A stretch of 64,000 nt of DNA from Chloroflexota bacterium (GTDB lineage: Bacteria; Chloroflexota; UBA11872; VXNJ01): contig OZ253449.1 of NCBI GenBank assembly GCA_965261345.1, forward strand, positions 576,001 through 640,000. The letters run 5' to 3'. Shown here one piece after another: positions 47,707 through 57,446 of this stretch (positions are counted from its first letter, which is position 1; every line of letters starts with the position of its first letter). The position numbers and the translations under genes are program-made. The notes under the pieces are model-generated. The model was not told where the DNA came from. It did no database searches and worked only from the letters and a program-made list of their open reading frames with translations.

Positions 47707-48486
47707 CTACGACATATAGATTCCGCCGCAGATATTGAGCGACTGGCCGGTCATGTAATCAGAGTCGGATGAGGCCAGGAAACTCACCGCGCTGGCGACC
47801 TCCGAAGGCTGTTGCGGGCGCCCCAGAGCGATCTTGGCGATCGACTGGGCTCGAACCTCCGATTGCGAGATCCCCTGCATTTCCGAACGAACCACGGCGA
47901 TCCGGTCCCACATTGGCGTGTCGACCATTCCCGGACAGTAGGCATTGCAAGTAATACCGTGCGGGGCCAACTCGATCGCGACCGCCTGGGTAATTCCCAC
48001 CACCGCGTATTTGGAGGCATGGTAGACCGACTGCAGCGGCGTTGCGCGCTTGCCGGAAATGGAGGCGGCATTGATGATCTTCCCGTAACCCTGGTCGATC
48101 ATCTGCTTGGCAGCTTCGCGGTCGGTGAGGTAGACGCCCCAGACATTGACCCGATTGATCCTTTCGAACTCCTCGCGGCTGGTCTCCACCAGGCGGCCGG
48201 TGGTATGGAGCCCGGCGTTGGCGATCGCCACATCCAATTTGCCATATTCAGCCGCCGTCGCCGCCACGAGGACCGCCACATCGTCCTCGTTGGTTACATC
48301 GCCGGCCATTGCGATTGCCCGGCGACCTTTGGCCCGGGCCAGTTGGCAGGCTTTCTCGGCCACATCCAGATCAATATCGTTTACTAAAAAATCGGCTCCG
48401 TCGGCCGCCAATCGTTCAATGATGGCGTTGCCCAGTGCCCCGCCGCCGCCGGTGATCAGCACCGCTTTGCCGCTCAGATCTCGCAT
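47707..48486 (-). CDS. Short-chain dehydrogenase/reductase (acetoin reductase-like)
   Basis: TGGGGALG, NAG, YHASK, YCPG.V.T.MW, YMTGQ. Confidence 0.9.
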   Translation of the reverse strand: MRDLSGKAVLITGGGGALGNAIIERLAADGADFLVNDIDLDVAEKACQLARAKGRRAIAMAGDVTNEDDVAVLVAATAAEYGKLDVAIANAGLHTTGRLVETSREEFERINRVNVWGVYLTDREAAKQMIDQGYGKIINAASISGKRATPLQSVYHASKYAVVGITQAVAIELAPHGITCNAYCPGMVDTPMWDRIAVVRSEMQGISQSEVRAQSIAKIALGRPQQPSEVASAVSFLASSDSDYMTGQSLNICGGIYMS

Positions 48487-48670
48487 GTTACCAGTCTCCC
48501 GGATTGTCAATCTGAATTTACTCAACGCCCAATTTTTGCCCGCCGCGCGGAACGTTGATCATGTACTCGCACCAGTCGCCTTGCGGGGCAATAATGGTTG
48601 ATTCGCCGCGACTACGGCCTACAGTCTGTTGACGGCAGCGCGCGGTACCCCACAGATTTGACGGGAAACT

Positions 48671-49996
48671 TTGAGTACGGCCAGGGCAGGCGCCGAACCG
48701 GTCGGTTCATCGGAAATTGAACCGCTTGACGAACGCGATCAATTGGTAGAGCGTCGCACCGCGGCGGCCGGGCCGGTGGGCCAACTCTTCTACGGGCTGT
48801 TTCCGGCGGTGGCGATTCCGGCCTACATGATCCTCTGGCAGGGCAACATCGGCACCATGCTGGCCTTCTGGATGCAATTTACTGCCGAGGGCTATTATGT
48901 CTATCTGCTGACCGGGTCCAACACGATGCTGGCGGTTGTGGGATTGGCCCGATCCCTGCCGATGATATTTGTCGCCCCGGTACTTGGAACACTCGCCGAC
49001 CGGGTCGACCGGCTCAAGATGCTAGTGGCCGCACAGGCAGCCGGGGCATTGGTCGCGGCGGTCGTCGCCGGCCTCATCTTCAGCGGCCTCATTCAACCGT
49101 GGCACCTGGTCGTGGGCGCGCTCATGGGGGGGATTGCGATCGCCGCCAACTTTCCCGCCCGACAGGCCCTGGTCATGTCGATCGTCGGGCGCAAATACAT
49201 GCTCAATGCGGTGGCCCTGCACACCACCAGCGTCGGTGCGACGCGCATCCTGGGACCGCCGGTCGCCGGTGCCATCCTGGCGGTTGTCAGTGCGGCCTGG
49301 TGTTACGCCGCAACCGCAGTGCTCACCGCCGCCTCCGGCGCCTATATCCGCCGCATCAGCCCGCCGCGAGTTGAAATGCCAAACCGCAAGGTGTCATTTA
49401 CCCGCGACATCTTTGCCGGATACGCTTACGTATTAAAAAACCGCAAACTGCGACCGGTTGTGGCAGTTGGCGTATTGATATCGATTCTGTTCTATTCGCA
49501 CTACCAATTCGTTCCCGCGATCGCGCGGGACGTGCTCCTCTCACCTGAGGCCGGCTTGGCGGCACTGTCGGCCGCTTCGGGTGCCGGCGGCCTGGTCGGG
49601 GCCCTGGCGGCGTCCCGCATGGACAGCGTCCGCCGCAAGGGGATGTTGCTTTTTGGCGGATCGATGATCTTCGGAGCCTCGGTTTTCGCCTTTGCCCAGA
49701 CGGATTACTTGCCACTTGCGGCGGCGCTGCTGCTGGTGGCCGGCCTCGGGTCGGGTTTGGCCCAGGCCACCAATGGCGCACTCTTGCAATTGCTGGCCGA
49801 AGATCACTATCGCGGTCGCATGGGGGCGGTGCAATTGGTCATGTGGGGCTTAACTCCGTTGGGGGGAATCCCGATGGGCGCCCTCGGCGATGCCACGAGT
49901 TCCTCGTTTGCCGTCGGAACCGCCGCCGCTATCGGCCTGGTCCTGCTCCTCCTGCTTTTTGCCATTGTGCCGCAACTGCGACGCCTGCGAGTCTGA
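48671..49996 (+). CDS. MFS transporter (H+ antiporter/EntS-like)
   Basis: G.LADRVDR, PARQA, R.LGP..AG, YRGR; about 12 TMs. Confidence 0.88.
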   Translation: MSTARAGAEPVGSSEIEPLDERDQLVERRTAAAGPVGQLFYGLFPAVAIPAYMILWQGNIGTMLAFWMQFTAEGYYVYLLTGSNTMLAVVGLARSLPMIFVAPVLGTLADRVDRLKMLVAAQAAGALVAAVVAGLIFSGLIQPWHLVVGALMGGIAIAANFPARQALVMSIVGRKYMLNAVALHTTSVGATRILGPPVAGAILAVVSAAWCYAATAVLTAASGAYIRRISPPRVEMPNRKVSFTRDIFAGYAYVLKNRKLRPVVAVGVLISILFYSHYQFVPAIARDVLLSPEAGLAALSAASGAGGLVGALAASRMDSVRRKGMLLFGGSMIFGASVFAFAQTDYLPLAAALLLVAGLGSGLAQATNGALLQLLAEDHYRGRMGAVQLVMWGLTPLGGIPMGALGDATSSSFAVGTAAAIGLVLLLLLFAIVPQLRRLRV

Positions 49997-50094
49997 TTTT
50001 CGTAGCGTCCGCAGCGGACGCGATCCGGGGGCGCCAGACCCGTCGCGCGGCGGTGGATTGGGGCCTGATCGGAGTGAATTGGTTTTCGATCAAA

Positions 50095-50100
50095 TACACT
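50095..50100 (+). promoter_or_regulatory. Putative -10 box (TACACT) for the SRP RNA
   Basis: 6 nt upstream of the predicted RNA 5' end. Confidence 0.4.
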
Positions 50101-50106
50101 TGTAGT

Positions 50107-50376
50107 GGCCGTGCTAGGTGGGGAGCTAGCGGTGCCCTGCATCTGCAATCCGCTATAGCAGAACTGAATTCCCTTCCACGGAATACCGGCGGTCGATTCT
50201 GGATCGCACTCGGCGCATTGAAGGCTTGGCCTCGTGCGGCGGAAACCTCCAAATCCCGTCAGGTCCGGAAGGAAGCAGCGGTAAGGGGAAATTTCCGGGC
50301 GCCGCGAGATAACCTGGCCGGAGCGTTCGTTTCGATTCGTGGCGATCAATTGGGTTACAACGAAGGGTGCGCGGCC
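50107..50376 (+). ncRNA. ffs: Large (Alu-containing) bacterial SRP RNA
   Basis: Alu-like 5' GCCGTGCTAG..GGGAG.TAGCGGTGCCCTG....GCAATCCGCT.TAGCAG; domain IV TCAGGTCCGGAAGGAAGCAGC; 3' GAAGGGTGCGCGGCC pairs with the 5' end; upstream of dnaX. Confidence 0.93.
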
Positions 50377-50462
50377 ATCTTCGATTCGGGGTTAATGGTA
50401 ATTTGCCCACACAAATGGAAGCAGGCAGGGGTTGACGGGCGTCCGCCAATGGACCGATTGCA

Positions 50463-52103
50463 ATGATCGCTGCTGATTCGCTAAGGGCGCTCTACAACCG
50501 GTATCGTCCACAGCGGTTTTCCGAGGTTGCCGGACAGCGCCACGTCGTGCGGATCCTGCAGAACGCCCTGGTTCATAATCGCGTTTCGCACGCCTACCTT
50601 TTCTCAGGCGAACGGGGCACCGGCAAGACCACGGTCGGCCGCATCCTGGCAAAGGCCCTCAACTGCCAGCGGGGAATCCAGCCCGAACCCTGCAATGATT
50701 GCCAGCACTGTCGCAGCGTCGGCTCCGAGTCGTTTCTAGACCTTATCGAGATCGACGCCGCCAGCCACACCTCGGTCAACGACATCCGCGATCTGCGCGA
50801 AAAAGTTCGCTACCGGCCGGCCGCTGGGCGCTTTAAGGTCTACCTCATCGACGAGGTCCACCAACTCTCGCGCTCCGCCTACAACGCATTCCTAAAAACC
50901 TTGGAAGAGCCGCCGCAACACGTCGTCTTCATCCTGGCCACCACCGATCCGCACCGGGTTTTGCCAACCGTGCGCTCCCGCTGCCAGCACCTGCGTTTCA
51001 AACGCATTGGCCACGAACAGATGGTCGCCCAGCTGCAGCGGGTAGTCCAACTTGAAGACGCTATGGCCGACGACCTGGCCCTGGCCCTGATCGCCCGCAA
51101 TGCCGAAGGCAGCCTCCGTGACGCCCTGGGGTTGCTCGAACAGGGCCTGGCCTACGCCGACAACAACCTCTCCGAGCGCCATATGCGCGACCTGTTGGGA
51201 ACCGCCGGTTACGAGGGCGTGACCGCGATCGCCGCCGCCATCGCCCGCGGCAAACTCGGCGAGGCCATGAGCTCGCTGATGCGGGCCCTCGACGACGGCG
51301 CCGACCCGACCGCGTTGCAGGGTCAGTTGGTTGGCCTGTTTCGGGCGGTGCTGATCCTGCTCACCAGCCGGCGACAGGCCCAGTTGGACCAATTTTCAGG
51401 CGATGAACTTGAGGCCCTGAAAGCTATTTCCGCCAATTTCCGGCGCATCCGACAGCCATTGGCGGTCGTTGAGGCATTGACCGAACGACCGCCGTTGACG
51501 GCCGCTCGGCCGCCGCAGTTGGATCTGGAACTGGCGGTAGCGCAAGCTGCCATAGCCGCCGGGGCAAACGATTCGGTCGCCCAAATCGAAGCTGAGGTTG
51601 AAGTTGAATCAGGGTCGGTGCAAACGCCGGGCGATCGCCGCCACGAGCCGCCGCCGGAACCCGAGAGCGCCGAGGAGCTAGACCCCCGCCCGTCAACTGA
51701 CCTCCCTGGAAGCGTGCCTGGCCCGGCCGCCAACACGGCGGCGGAGGTCGCCCCGGACCCGGTTGCACCGGTCAGCGATGCCCAAATCCTGGAATTGTTC
51801 AATACCCGGCGGGCAAGCTTTGACAGTCAAGTTCGCAGTTGGCATCCCGTCTATGCCGGTCAATTGGCACAGGCCGCCGCGCGGGCCGAAGGCGGAAGTC
51901 TGATCTTGGCGATCGGGCAACGGTTCGCACTCGAAGAGCTGCAACGCAGCGAGCGCTTGGGCGAACTGGTCGAGATAGTACGACAGGTTTTGCAGGCTCC
52001 GGTCAATTTGCGGCTCGAAGCGGCTGAGGCGACCAGCGATCAGGCCTACACTGCCAGAATCTCCCAGGCGGCAATCGATCTGTTCGGTGCCGAAAAAATC
52101 TAA
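50463..52103 (+). CDS. dnaX: DNA polymerase III subunit gamma/tau
   Basis: LY.RYRP..F.EV.GQ, GERGTGKTT, C-rich Zn motif, EIDAAS, IDEVH, LKTLEEPP, SRCQ, GSLRDA. Confidence 0.97.
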   Translation: MIAADSLRALYNRYRPQRFSEVAGQRHVVRILQNALVHNRVSHAYLFSGERGTGKTTVGRILAKALNCQRGIQPEPCNDCQHCRSVGSESFLDLIEIDAASHTSVNDIRDLREKVRYRPAAGRFKVYLIDEVHQLSRSAYNAFLKTLEEPPQHVVFILATTDPHRVLPTVRSRCQHLRFKRIGHEQMVAQLQRVVQLEDAMADDLALALIARNAEGSLRDALGLLEQGLAYADNNLSERHMRDLLGTAGYEGVTAIAAAIARGKLGEAMSSLMRALDDGADPTALQGQLVGLFRAVLILLTSRRQAQLDQFSGDELEALKAISANFRRIRQPLAVVEALTERPPLTAARPPQLDLELAVAQAAIAAGANDSVAQIEAEVEVESGSVQTPGDRRHEPPPEPESAEELDPRPSTDLPGSVPGPAANTAAEVAPDPVAPVSDAQILELFNTRRASFDSQVRSWHPVYAGQLAQAAARAEGGSLILAIGQRFALEELQRSERLGELVEIVRQVLQAPVNLRLEAAEATSDQAYTARISQAAIDLFGAEKI

Positions 52104-52139
52104 CGTCCCGACAGCCATCCAAACCTAAGGAAATCCAGA

Positions 52140-52433
52140 GTGCAGATGATGCGAAAAATGCAGCGCCAGATGGAGAAGATCCAACAGGAACTGGCCGAAA
52201 CCAAAATCGAAACGACTTCGGGCGGTGGCCTGATTAAGGTCGTTATCACCGGCGAGCAGGACATCGAATCGATAACGATCAGTCCCGAAGCGATAGATCC
52301 CGACGACACTGAACTGCTAGAGGACCTGGTACTGGCCGCGGTCAACGATGCGGTCAGCGAATCGCGATCTCTGGCGGCCCAGAAAATGAGCGCGCTAACC
52401 GGCGGGATGAAAATCCCTGGTATGCCGTTCTAG
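52140..52433 (+). CDS. ybaB: YbaB/EbfC nucleoid-associated protein
   Basis: MQ..M.K.Q.EL, SGGG.IKV, D.ELLEDLVLAAVNDA; located between dnaX and recR. Confidence 0.93.
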   Translation: MQMMRKMQRQMEKIQQELAETKIETTSGGGLIKVVITGEQDIESITISPEAIDPDDTELLEDLVLAAVNDAVSESRSLAAQKMSALTGGMKIPGMPF

Positions 52434-52467
52434 CTGTTACCGGTTCTAACAAGTCCAATCAGAGACC

Positions 52468-53073
52468 ATGATTGACGCCGGGTTGCCGACCCCCTTGACG
52501 GAATTGATCGAACAGTTTTCCAAACTGCCCGGTGTGGGGCGCAAGACCGCCACGCGCTACGCGCTATTTTTGATCCGCGCCAAACCGGCAACCGTGAGCG
52601 GGCTGGCCGAAACAATCGCGACGTTACCGGAGAGGATATTTGAGTGCTCGCGCTGCCGCAATTACGCCGAATCGACCCTCTGCCGCTTCTGCTCCGACCA
52701 TACCCGCAATGACCGAAAACTGTGCGTTGTCGAGGATCCGTTGGACCTGTTGGCGCTTGAGCAATCCGGCGGGTTTGACGGCCGCTATTTTGTTCTGCAC
52801 GGAGTGCTTTCACCGATTGACGGCATCGGGGCGGCCGAATTGCGACTCGGCAACCTGAGAGCCCTTGTCGCCCAGCACCCGGTGGAAGAGGTGATCGTGG
52901 CAACCAACGCATCGATGGAAGGCGACGCCACCGCGAGCGAGATCGCGCGGCTCCTGTCGGAGAGCGGGTGCACGGTCACCCGGCTGGCGCGCGGCTTGGC
53001 CACCGGCGGGGATATCGAATTCCTCGACGCGCAAACGCTTTCACTGGCGCTCTCCGGGCGCCGCCAGCTTTAG
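52468..53073 (+). CDS. recR: Recombination mediator RecR
   Basis: LPGVG.KTA.R, CxxC..CxxC, CVVE, Y.VL.G.LSP.DG, EGDATA, TRLARG. Confidence 0.97.
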   Translation: MIDAGLPTPLTELIEQFSKLPGVGRKTATRYALFLIRAKPATVSGLAETIATLPERIFECSRCRNYAESTLCRFCSDHTRNDRKLCVVEDPLDLLALEQSGGFDGRYFVLHGVLSPIDGIGAAELRLGNLRALVAQHPVEEVIVATNASMEGDATASEIARLLSESGCTVTRLARGLATGGDIEFLDAQTLSLALSGRRQL

Positions 53074-53089
53074 GAATCGGCCCTTTGAG

Positions 53090-53788
53090 TTAGGATCCCG
53101 ACCGGTTGTCCCCGGGCCGTACAAAGAGCGGGTTGACCGGCCGGCCGCGCACCCGAGCAGCAGCCACGTAAACTAGCGGTCCGATCGCCGCGACCAACCA
53201 CGGCACCAGCACAACTGCCAGATGTGCCTCGTTGACAAAGCCGGCAACGGCCTGGTCCTCGAGGATGAGCACCGCTCCGATTCGAAAGATCACCGCCGCG
53301 CCGAAGTAGATAAGCAGAGGTAGGCGTCCGGTCAGTTTGGCAATGATTCCCGACCCAATAAAGAGTAGTGGGATTGAAAGCGCCAATCCGAAAATCAACA
53401 GCCAAATATTGCCGTGCGCGGCGCCGGCTACCGAGAGGATGTTGTCCAGACTCATAACCACGTCTGCGAGCAGGATCAGGGCCACCGCCTGGCGAAAATT
53501 ACCCGCCTTCTTGCCGCCGCCGTGATCGCCGCCACCCATGCGCAAGAGCCGCCAGCCCACCCAGAACAGGGCCAGGCCGCCGAGGGCGGCAAGGAACGGG
53601 AGTTCTAGCAACTGGGTGGCCGCCGCCGCCAGGGCGATCCGCAAGACCACTGCCGCCCCGGCGCCCAGATAAATCGCGTTGCGTCGCTCGGATCCAGTTA
53701 AATTTGACGCCACGACGCCAATTAGGATGGCGTTATCACCGGAAAGTATCAGGTCAATGATGATGATTTCGACCAGGTTGCCGATCAT
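53090..53788 (-). CDS. TerC/YjbE family membrane protein
   Basis: IDLILSGDNA, LRI, ADVVMSLDNILSVAGAA, GL.LSIP. Confidence 0.92.
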   Translation of the reverse strand: MIGNLVEIIIIDLILSGDNAILIGVVASNLTGSERRNAIYLGAGAAVVLRIALAAAATQLLELPFLAALGGLALFWVGWRLLRMGGGDHGGGKKAGNFRQAVALILLADVVMSLDNILSVAGAAHGNIWLLIFGLALSIPLLFIGSGIIAKLTGRLPLLIYFGAAVIFRIGAVLILEDQAVAGFVNEAHLAVVLVPWLVAAIGPLVYVAAARVRGRPVNPLFVRPGDNRSGS

Positions 53789-53959
53789 CGCTCGGCCTCC
53801 GATATCACCGGTTCGATCCGATCCGTCGGGGTGATCTCAGGCTTCAAGGGGCGGCAGCCCGCCGCGATCGTACTTGGCGCCTTGGACGGAGGGGCAGTTG
53901 CCAAAATTTAACGGTCGCATTTGTGCAGCGGACAAGAGATTGCGGGAACAGGCCCATCG

Positions 53960-55237
53960 ATGGTAAGCGAAAACATTTTCATCCTTGATACCTCGGCTAT
54001 CAAGGTCGGGCCCGGAGCGATCGCCGAACTAGGTTACGAGGCAGATCGACTGGGAATGCGGCGGGTGATGGTGGTAACCGACGCCGACGTTGCCAGCCTC
54101 GACTTCTTTCGGGGAGCGGTCGCCAACCTCGAAAGCGCCGGCCTTTCGGTTGAGGTGTATTCCGACGTTGAAATTGAACCGACCGATAACTCGCTGCGAT
54201 CGGCGATCGCAGCGGCCGACCAGGGCGAGTTTGACGGATTCATTTCAATCGGCGGTGGATCTAGCATCGACACCGCCAAAGTTGCCAACCTGTACACGAG
54301 CTGGCCGGCCGAATTTCTAACCTACGTGAACCAGCCAATCGGCCGGGGCGAGCCCGTACCCGGACCGCTGCGCCCGCATATTGCCGTCCCAACCACCGCC
54401 GGAACCGGGTCCGAAACCACCGGGGTGGCAATCTTTGATTACGCTGAACTTTCGGCCAAAACCGGAATAGCCCACCGGGCGCTGCGACCCACAATCGGCA
54501 TCATCGACCCAGCCGCGACCGCGACCCTGCCGCCGCTGGTTGCCGCCGCTTCGGGACTGGACGTCCTCTCGCACGCGCTCGAATCGCTGACCGCGATTCC
54601 GTTCGATCGGCGCCCGGCGCCAATTTCGGCGGCCCATCGCCCGGCATATCAGGGCGCCAACCCCATATCAGACATCTGGTCCACCGCGGCTATCACGGCG
54701 GTAAGTAAGAACATCATCAGGGCGATTGAGGACCCGGGCAACGAGTCGGCGCGACTGCAGATGATGCTGGCCGCGGCTTACGCCGGCATCGGATTCGGCA
54801 ATGCCGGGGTGCACCTTCCACACGGGATGTCCTATCCGGTTTCCGGCATGGTACGCAACTACTATCCCGCCGGTTACCCCAGCACCAAGGCGATCATCCC
54901 GCACGGAATCTCGGTCATCCTAAATTCCCCGGCGGTATTCCGCTGGACCGCCGAATCCGATCCGGCCCGCCACCTGCGGGCCGCCCAGCTGCTGGGGTTC
55001 AGCGCCAGAGAAGACGACTTGGCCAACGCTGGGGAGATTCTGGCCGAACAAATAATCAATTTGATGCGGCGCCTGGACCTGCCTTCCGGATTGGCCGCGA
55101 TCGGATTCACCAATTGCGATATCCCCGATCTAGTGGCCGGGACGCTGCCCCAGCACCGAGTCACCAAACTATCTCCGCGGCCGGCCGACAATAGTGATCT
55201 GAGCCAACTCTTTGCCGCCGCCATGCGCTACTGGTAG
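53960..55237 (+). CDS. Hydroxyacid-oxoacid transhydrogenase (Fe-ADH family, ADHFE1-like)
   Basis: EPTD.S, GGGSSIDTAK.ANLY, YVN.PIG.G, PTTAGTGSETTG, RP.YQGANPISD, FGNAGVHLPHGMSYPVSG. Confidence 0.88.
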   Translation: MVSENIFILDTSAIKVGPGAIAELGYEADRLGMRRVMVVTDADVASLDFFRGAVANLESAGLSVEVYSDVEIEPTDNSLRSAIAAADQGEFDGFISIGGGSSIDTAKVANLYTSWPAEFLTYVNQPIGRGEPVPGPLRPHIAVPTTAGTGSETTGVAIFDYAELSAKTGIAHRALRPTIGIIDPAATATLPPLVAAASGLDVLSHALESLTAIPFDRRPAPISAAHRPAYQGANPISDIWSTAAITAVSKNIIRAIEDPGNESARLQMMLAAAYAGIGFGNAGVHLPHGMSYPVSGMVRNYYPAGYPSTKAIIPHGISVILNSPAVFRWTAESDPARHLRAAQLLGFSAREDDLANAGEILAEQIINLMRRLDLPSGLAAIGFTNCDIPDLVAGTLPQHRVTKLSPRPADNSDLSQLFAAAMRYW

Positions 55238-55242
55238 CAACC

Positions 55243-56229
55243 ATGCCCAAAGCCCTGCTGACCGACACCTTCTGGGAAGGGTTCGAAATTGAAGACCAAG
55301 TCCTGGGCAAGGCTGGGATCAGCTATGCAGTTGCCCCCGACGGAAACGAGGCGACACTGGTGGACATGGCCACCGATTGCCAGGCAATCCTGACCGTTTT
55401 CGCCAAGACCACCGCCGCGGTCATTGCGTCCCCCGGCGACCTGCGGGTAATTGCCCGTTACGGGGTGGGGGTGGACAACATTGATGTGGCAGCCGCCACT
55501 GCGCGCGGGGTTCCAGTTACCTACATTCCCGATTACTGCACCGAGGAGGTCGCCAGCCATGCGTTGGCACTGTTGCTCGGCCTCAACCGCAGCATCGTAA
55601 AAACCCATCGGGGTCTGATGGCCGGCGGTTTCGGTTTAGGTCTTGCCAAGCCGATTCTCAAACTGGCAGGGCTCCAACTGGGGATCGTTGGCTATGGTCG
55701 CTGCGGCCGGCAGCTTGCCCGGTATTGCTCGGGCTTGGACCTGCGGATCGTAGCGTATGATCCCACGCGAGCGCCCGGAACGTCCGATTGCGAAACCGGG
55801 ACGAAGTTTTTGGAACTGCAACATCTACTTGTTTCCAGTGATTTCGTGAGTCTGCACCTCCCGCTCGGCGAAGAGACCCGGCACATGTTCGGGGAGGCCC
55901 AATTTGCGGCGATGAAGGAATCGGCCTACCTGGTCAACACCGCCCGCGGCCCGATCGTAGATACGGTCGCGTTGGCCCGGGCGCTAGTCGACGGCCGGAT
56001 AGCCGGTGCCGGACTGGATGTTTTTGAAAACGAACCGTTGGAACCAGATCACCCGCTGCGTTCGGCCCCCAACACGATCCTGACGTCGCACACCGCGTTC
56101 TATTCCGAGACGGCACTGGCTGAGAATCGCAAGCGTGCCGCGCAAAGTGTGGTGGACGTCCTCAGCGGTCGATCGCCCGCCCATATCGCCAACCCCGGAT
56201 ACCGCCAGGCGGATTCGGCGGTTGATTAA
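55243..56229 (+). CDS. D-isomer-specific 2-hydroxyacid dehydrogenase (CtBP-like)
   Basis: RYGVGVDNID, PDYC.EEVA.H, GYGRCG, SLHLPL, NTARG, DVFE.EP, H.AFYSE. Confidence 0.9.
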   Translation: MPKALLTDTFWEGFEIEDQVLGKAGISYAVAPDGNEATLVDMATDCQAILTVFAKTTAAVIASPGDLRVIARYGVGVDNIDVAAATARGVPVTYIPDYCTEEVASHALALLLGLNRSIVKTHRGLMAGGFGLGLAKPILKLAGLQLGIVGYGRCGRQLARYCSGLDLRIVAYDPTRAPGTSDCETGTKFLELQHLLVSSDFVSLHLPLGEETRHMFGEAQFAAMKESAYLVNTARGPIVDTVALARALVDGRIAGAGLDVFENEPLEPDHPLRSAPNTILTSHTAFYSETALAENRKRAAQSVVDVLSGRSPAHIANPGYRQADSAVD

Positions 56230-57386
56230 TAAATTGAGTGGAGCATCGCCTGCAGCTGGGCAAATGAGGCCTGAGTCGGGCTCTGGATCTGCAGCCGCTC
56301 GGAGTCGGCAGTCAGTCGCGCCATCTCATCAATGTCATCGGCGGCCACCCCGTAGTAACTGAGCTGCGTGTTGATGTCTAGCTCATCGACGAGCTGTTCG
56401 ACCACCGCGATTACGGCGTCGGCCCGGGCGGACGGCGTGGAGATCTTGTCGGACACGCCAAGCGGCCGAGCCAGTTCAGCCATCTTCTCGGGAACCTGTT
56501 GGGCGTAGAACTTAAATATCGGCACCAGGCAAATCGCATTGGCGATACCGTGCGGAACCTTGTAGCGGGCCCCGATCACGTGAGCGGTGGCGTGGATGAT
56601 GGTCACCCCGGCATTGGCCAGGGTGTAGCCAGCAAGTAGCGCTCCAAGCATCTGATTGGAGCGGGCTTCCAGGTTCGATCCATCGCGGTAGGCAGTTGGC
56701 AGATTATTGAGGATCAGGCCCATCGCCGCGCGCGCAAACATCTGCGTTTGGATGGTCGCATTTGTGGACAGGTAGGACTCGGTGGCATGGCAAAAGGCAT
56801 CGATTCCCGAAGCTGCGGTTACCGCTGGTGGGAGCCCCAGAGTCAATTCGGGGTCAACGATCGCCACGTCGGGATAGATGTGCGGAGAGATAACCGGCTG
56901 CTTGTTGGATGAATCTTCCAGAACCGCGACCGCGTTGCCGGTCACTTCGGATGCCGTTCCTGCGGTAGTCGGGATCGAGATATTGGGCAGGCCTGGCAGC
57001 CTGACCATATTAACGCCGATCAGTTCCTCGACCTTTTGGCCGTTGGCCACCGCGCAACCGGCGATTTGGGCAGTATCCATCGAACTACCACCGCCCAGGC
57101 CGATGACCAGATCGGCGCCCGATGTGGCTATTTCGTCGGCGGTCGCATTGATCAACGAGATCGGCGGTTCCTGTGCCGGGTTTTCGCGGACCTGGAAGGC
57201 GATTCCCGCCTTGGCCAGAATTTCTTCGACGCAGTCGACTACGCCAGCCGCGCGAAGCCCCTGGTCGGTTACCACAAAAGCCCGCGTGGCGCCTAGATAG
57301 GCACATTCCTCGGGCAACCGGGCGACGGCGCCAACCTCAAAATCGACGATTTTGGTGGTTCTAAATACTGCTGGGTCAACGGCCAT
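56226..57386 (-). CDS. Iron-containing alcohol dehydrogenase
   Basis: GGGSSMD, PTTAGTASE.T, DP.LT, DA.CHA.E, H...H, PHG.ANA. Confidence 0.9.
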   Translation of the reverse strand: MAVDPAVFRTTKIVDFEVGAVARLPEECAYLGATRAFVVTDQGLRAAGVVDCVEEILAKAGIAFQVRENPAQEPPISLINATADEIATSGADLVIGLGGGSSMDTAQIAGCAVANGQKVEELIGVNMVRLPGLPNISIPTTAGTASEVTGNAVAVLEDSSNKQPVISPHIYPDVAIVDPELTLGLPPAVTAASGIDAFCHATESYLSTNATIQTQMFARAAMGLILNNLPTAYRDGSNLEARSNQMLGALLAGYTLANAGVTIIHATAHVIGARYKVPHGIANAICLVPIFKFYAQQVPEKMAELARPLGVSDKISTPSARADAVIAVVEQLVDELDINTQLSYYGVAADDIDEMARLTADSERLQIQSPTQASFAQLQAMLHSIY

Positions 57387-57446
57387 TAGATGTCCTCTAT
57401 ATGTGCTGCGTGGATCGGGTTTGCCAAGCGAAATTATGACTAGGAA

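Noticed and set aside
49843-50466. 207-aa and 180-aa ORFs over this interval
   Set aside because: They overlap the SRP RNA and the MFS 3' end; shadow ORFs.
51500-52103. Programmed frameshift in dnaX (gamma/tau)
   Set aside because: No A-AAA-AAG or long A-run seen after domain III; only a Pro/Glu-rich linker.
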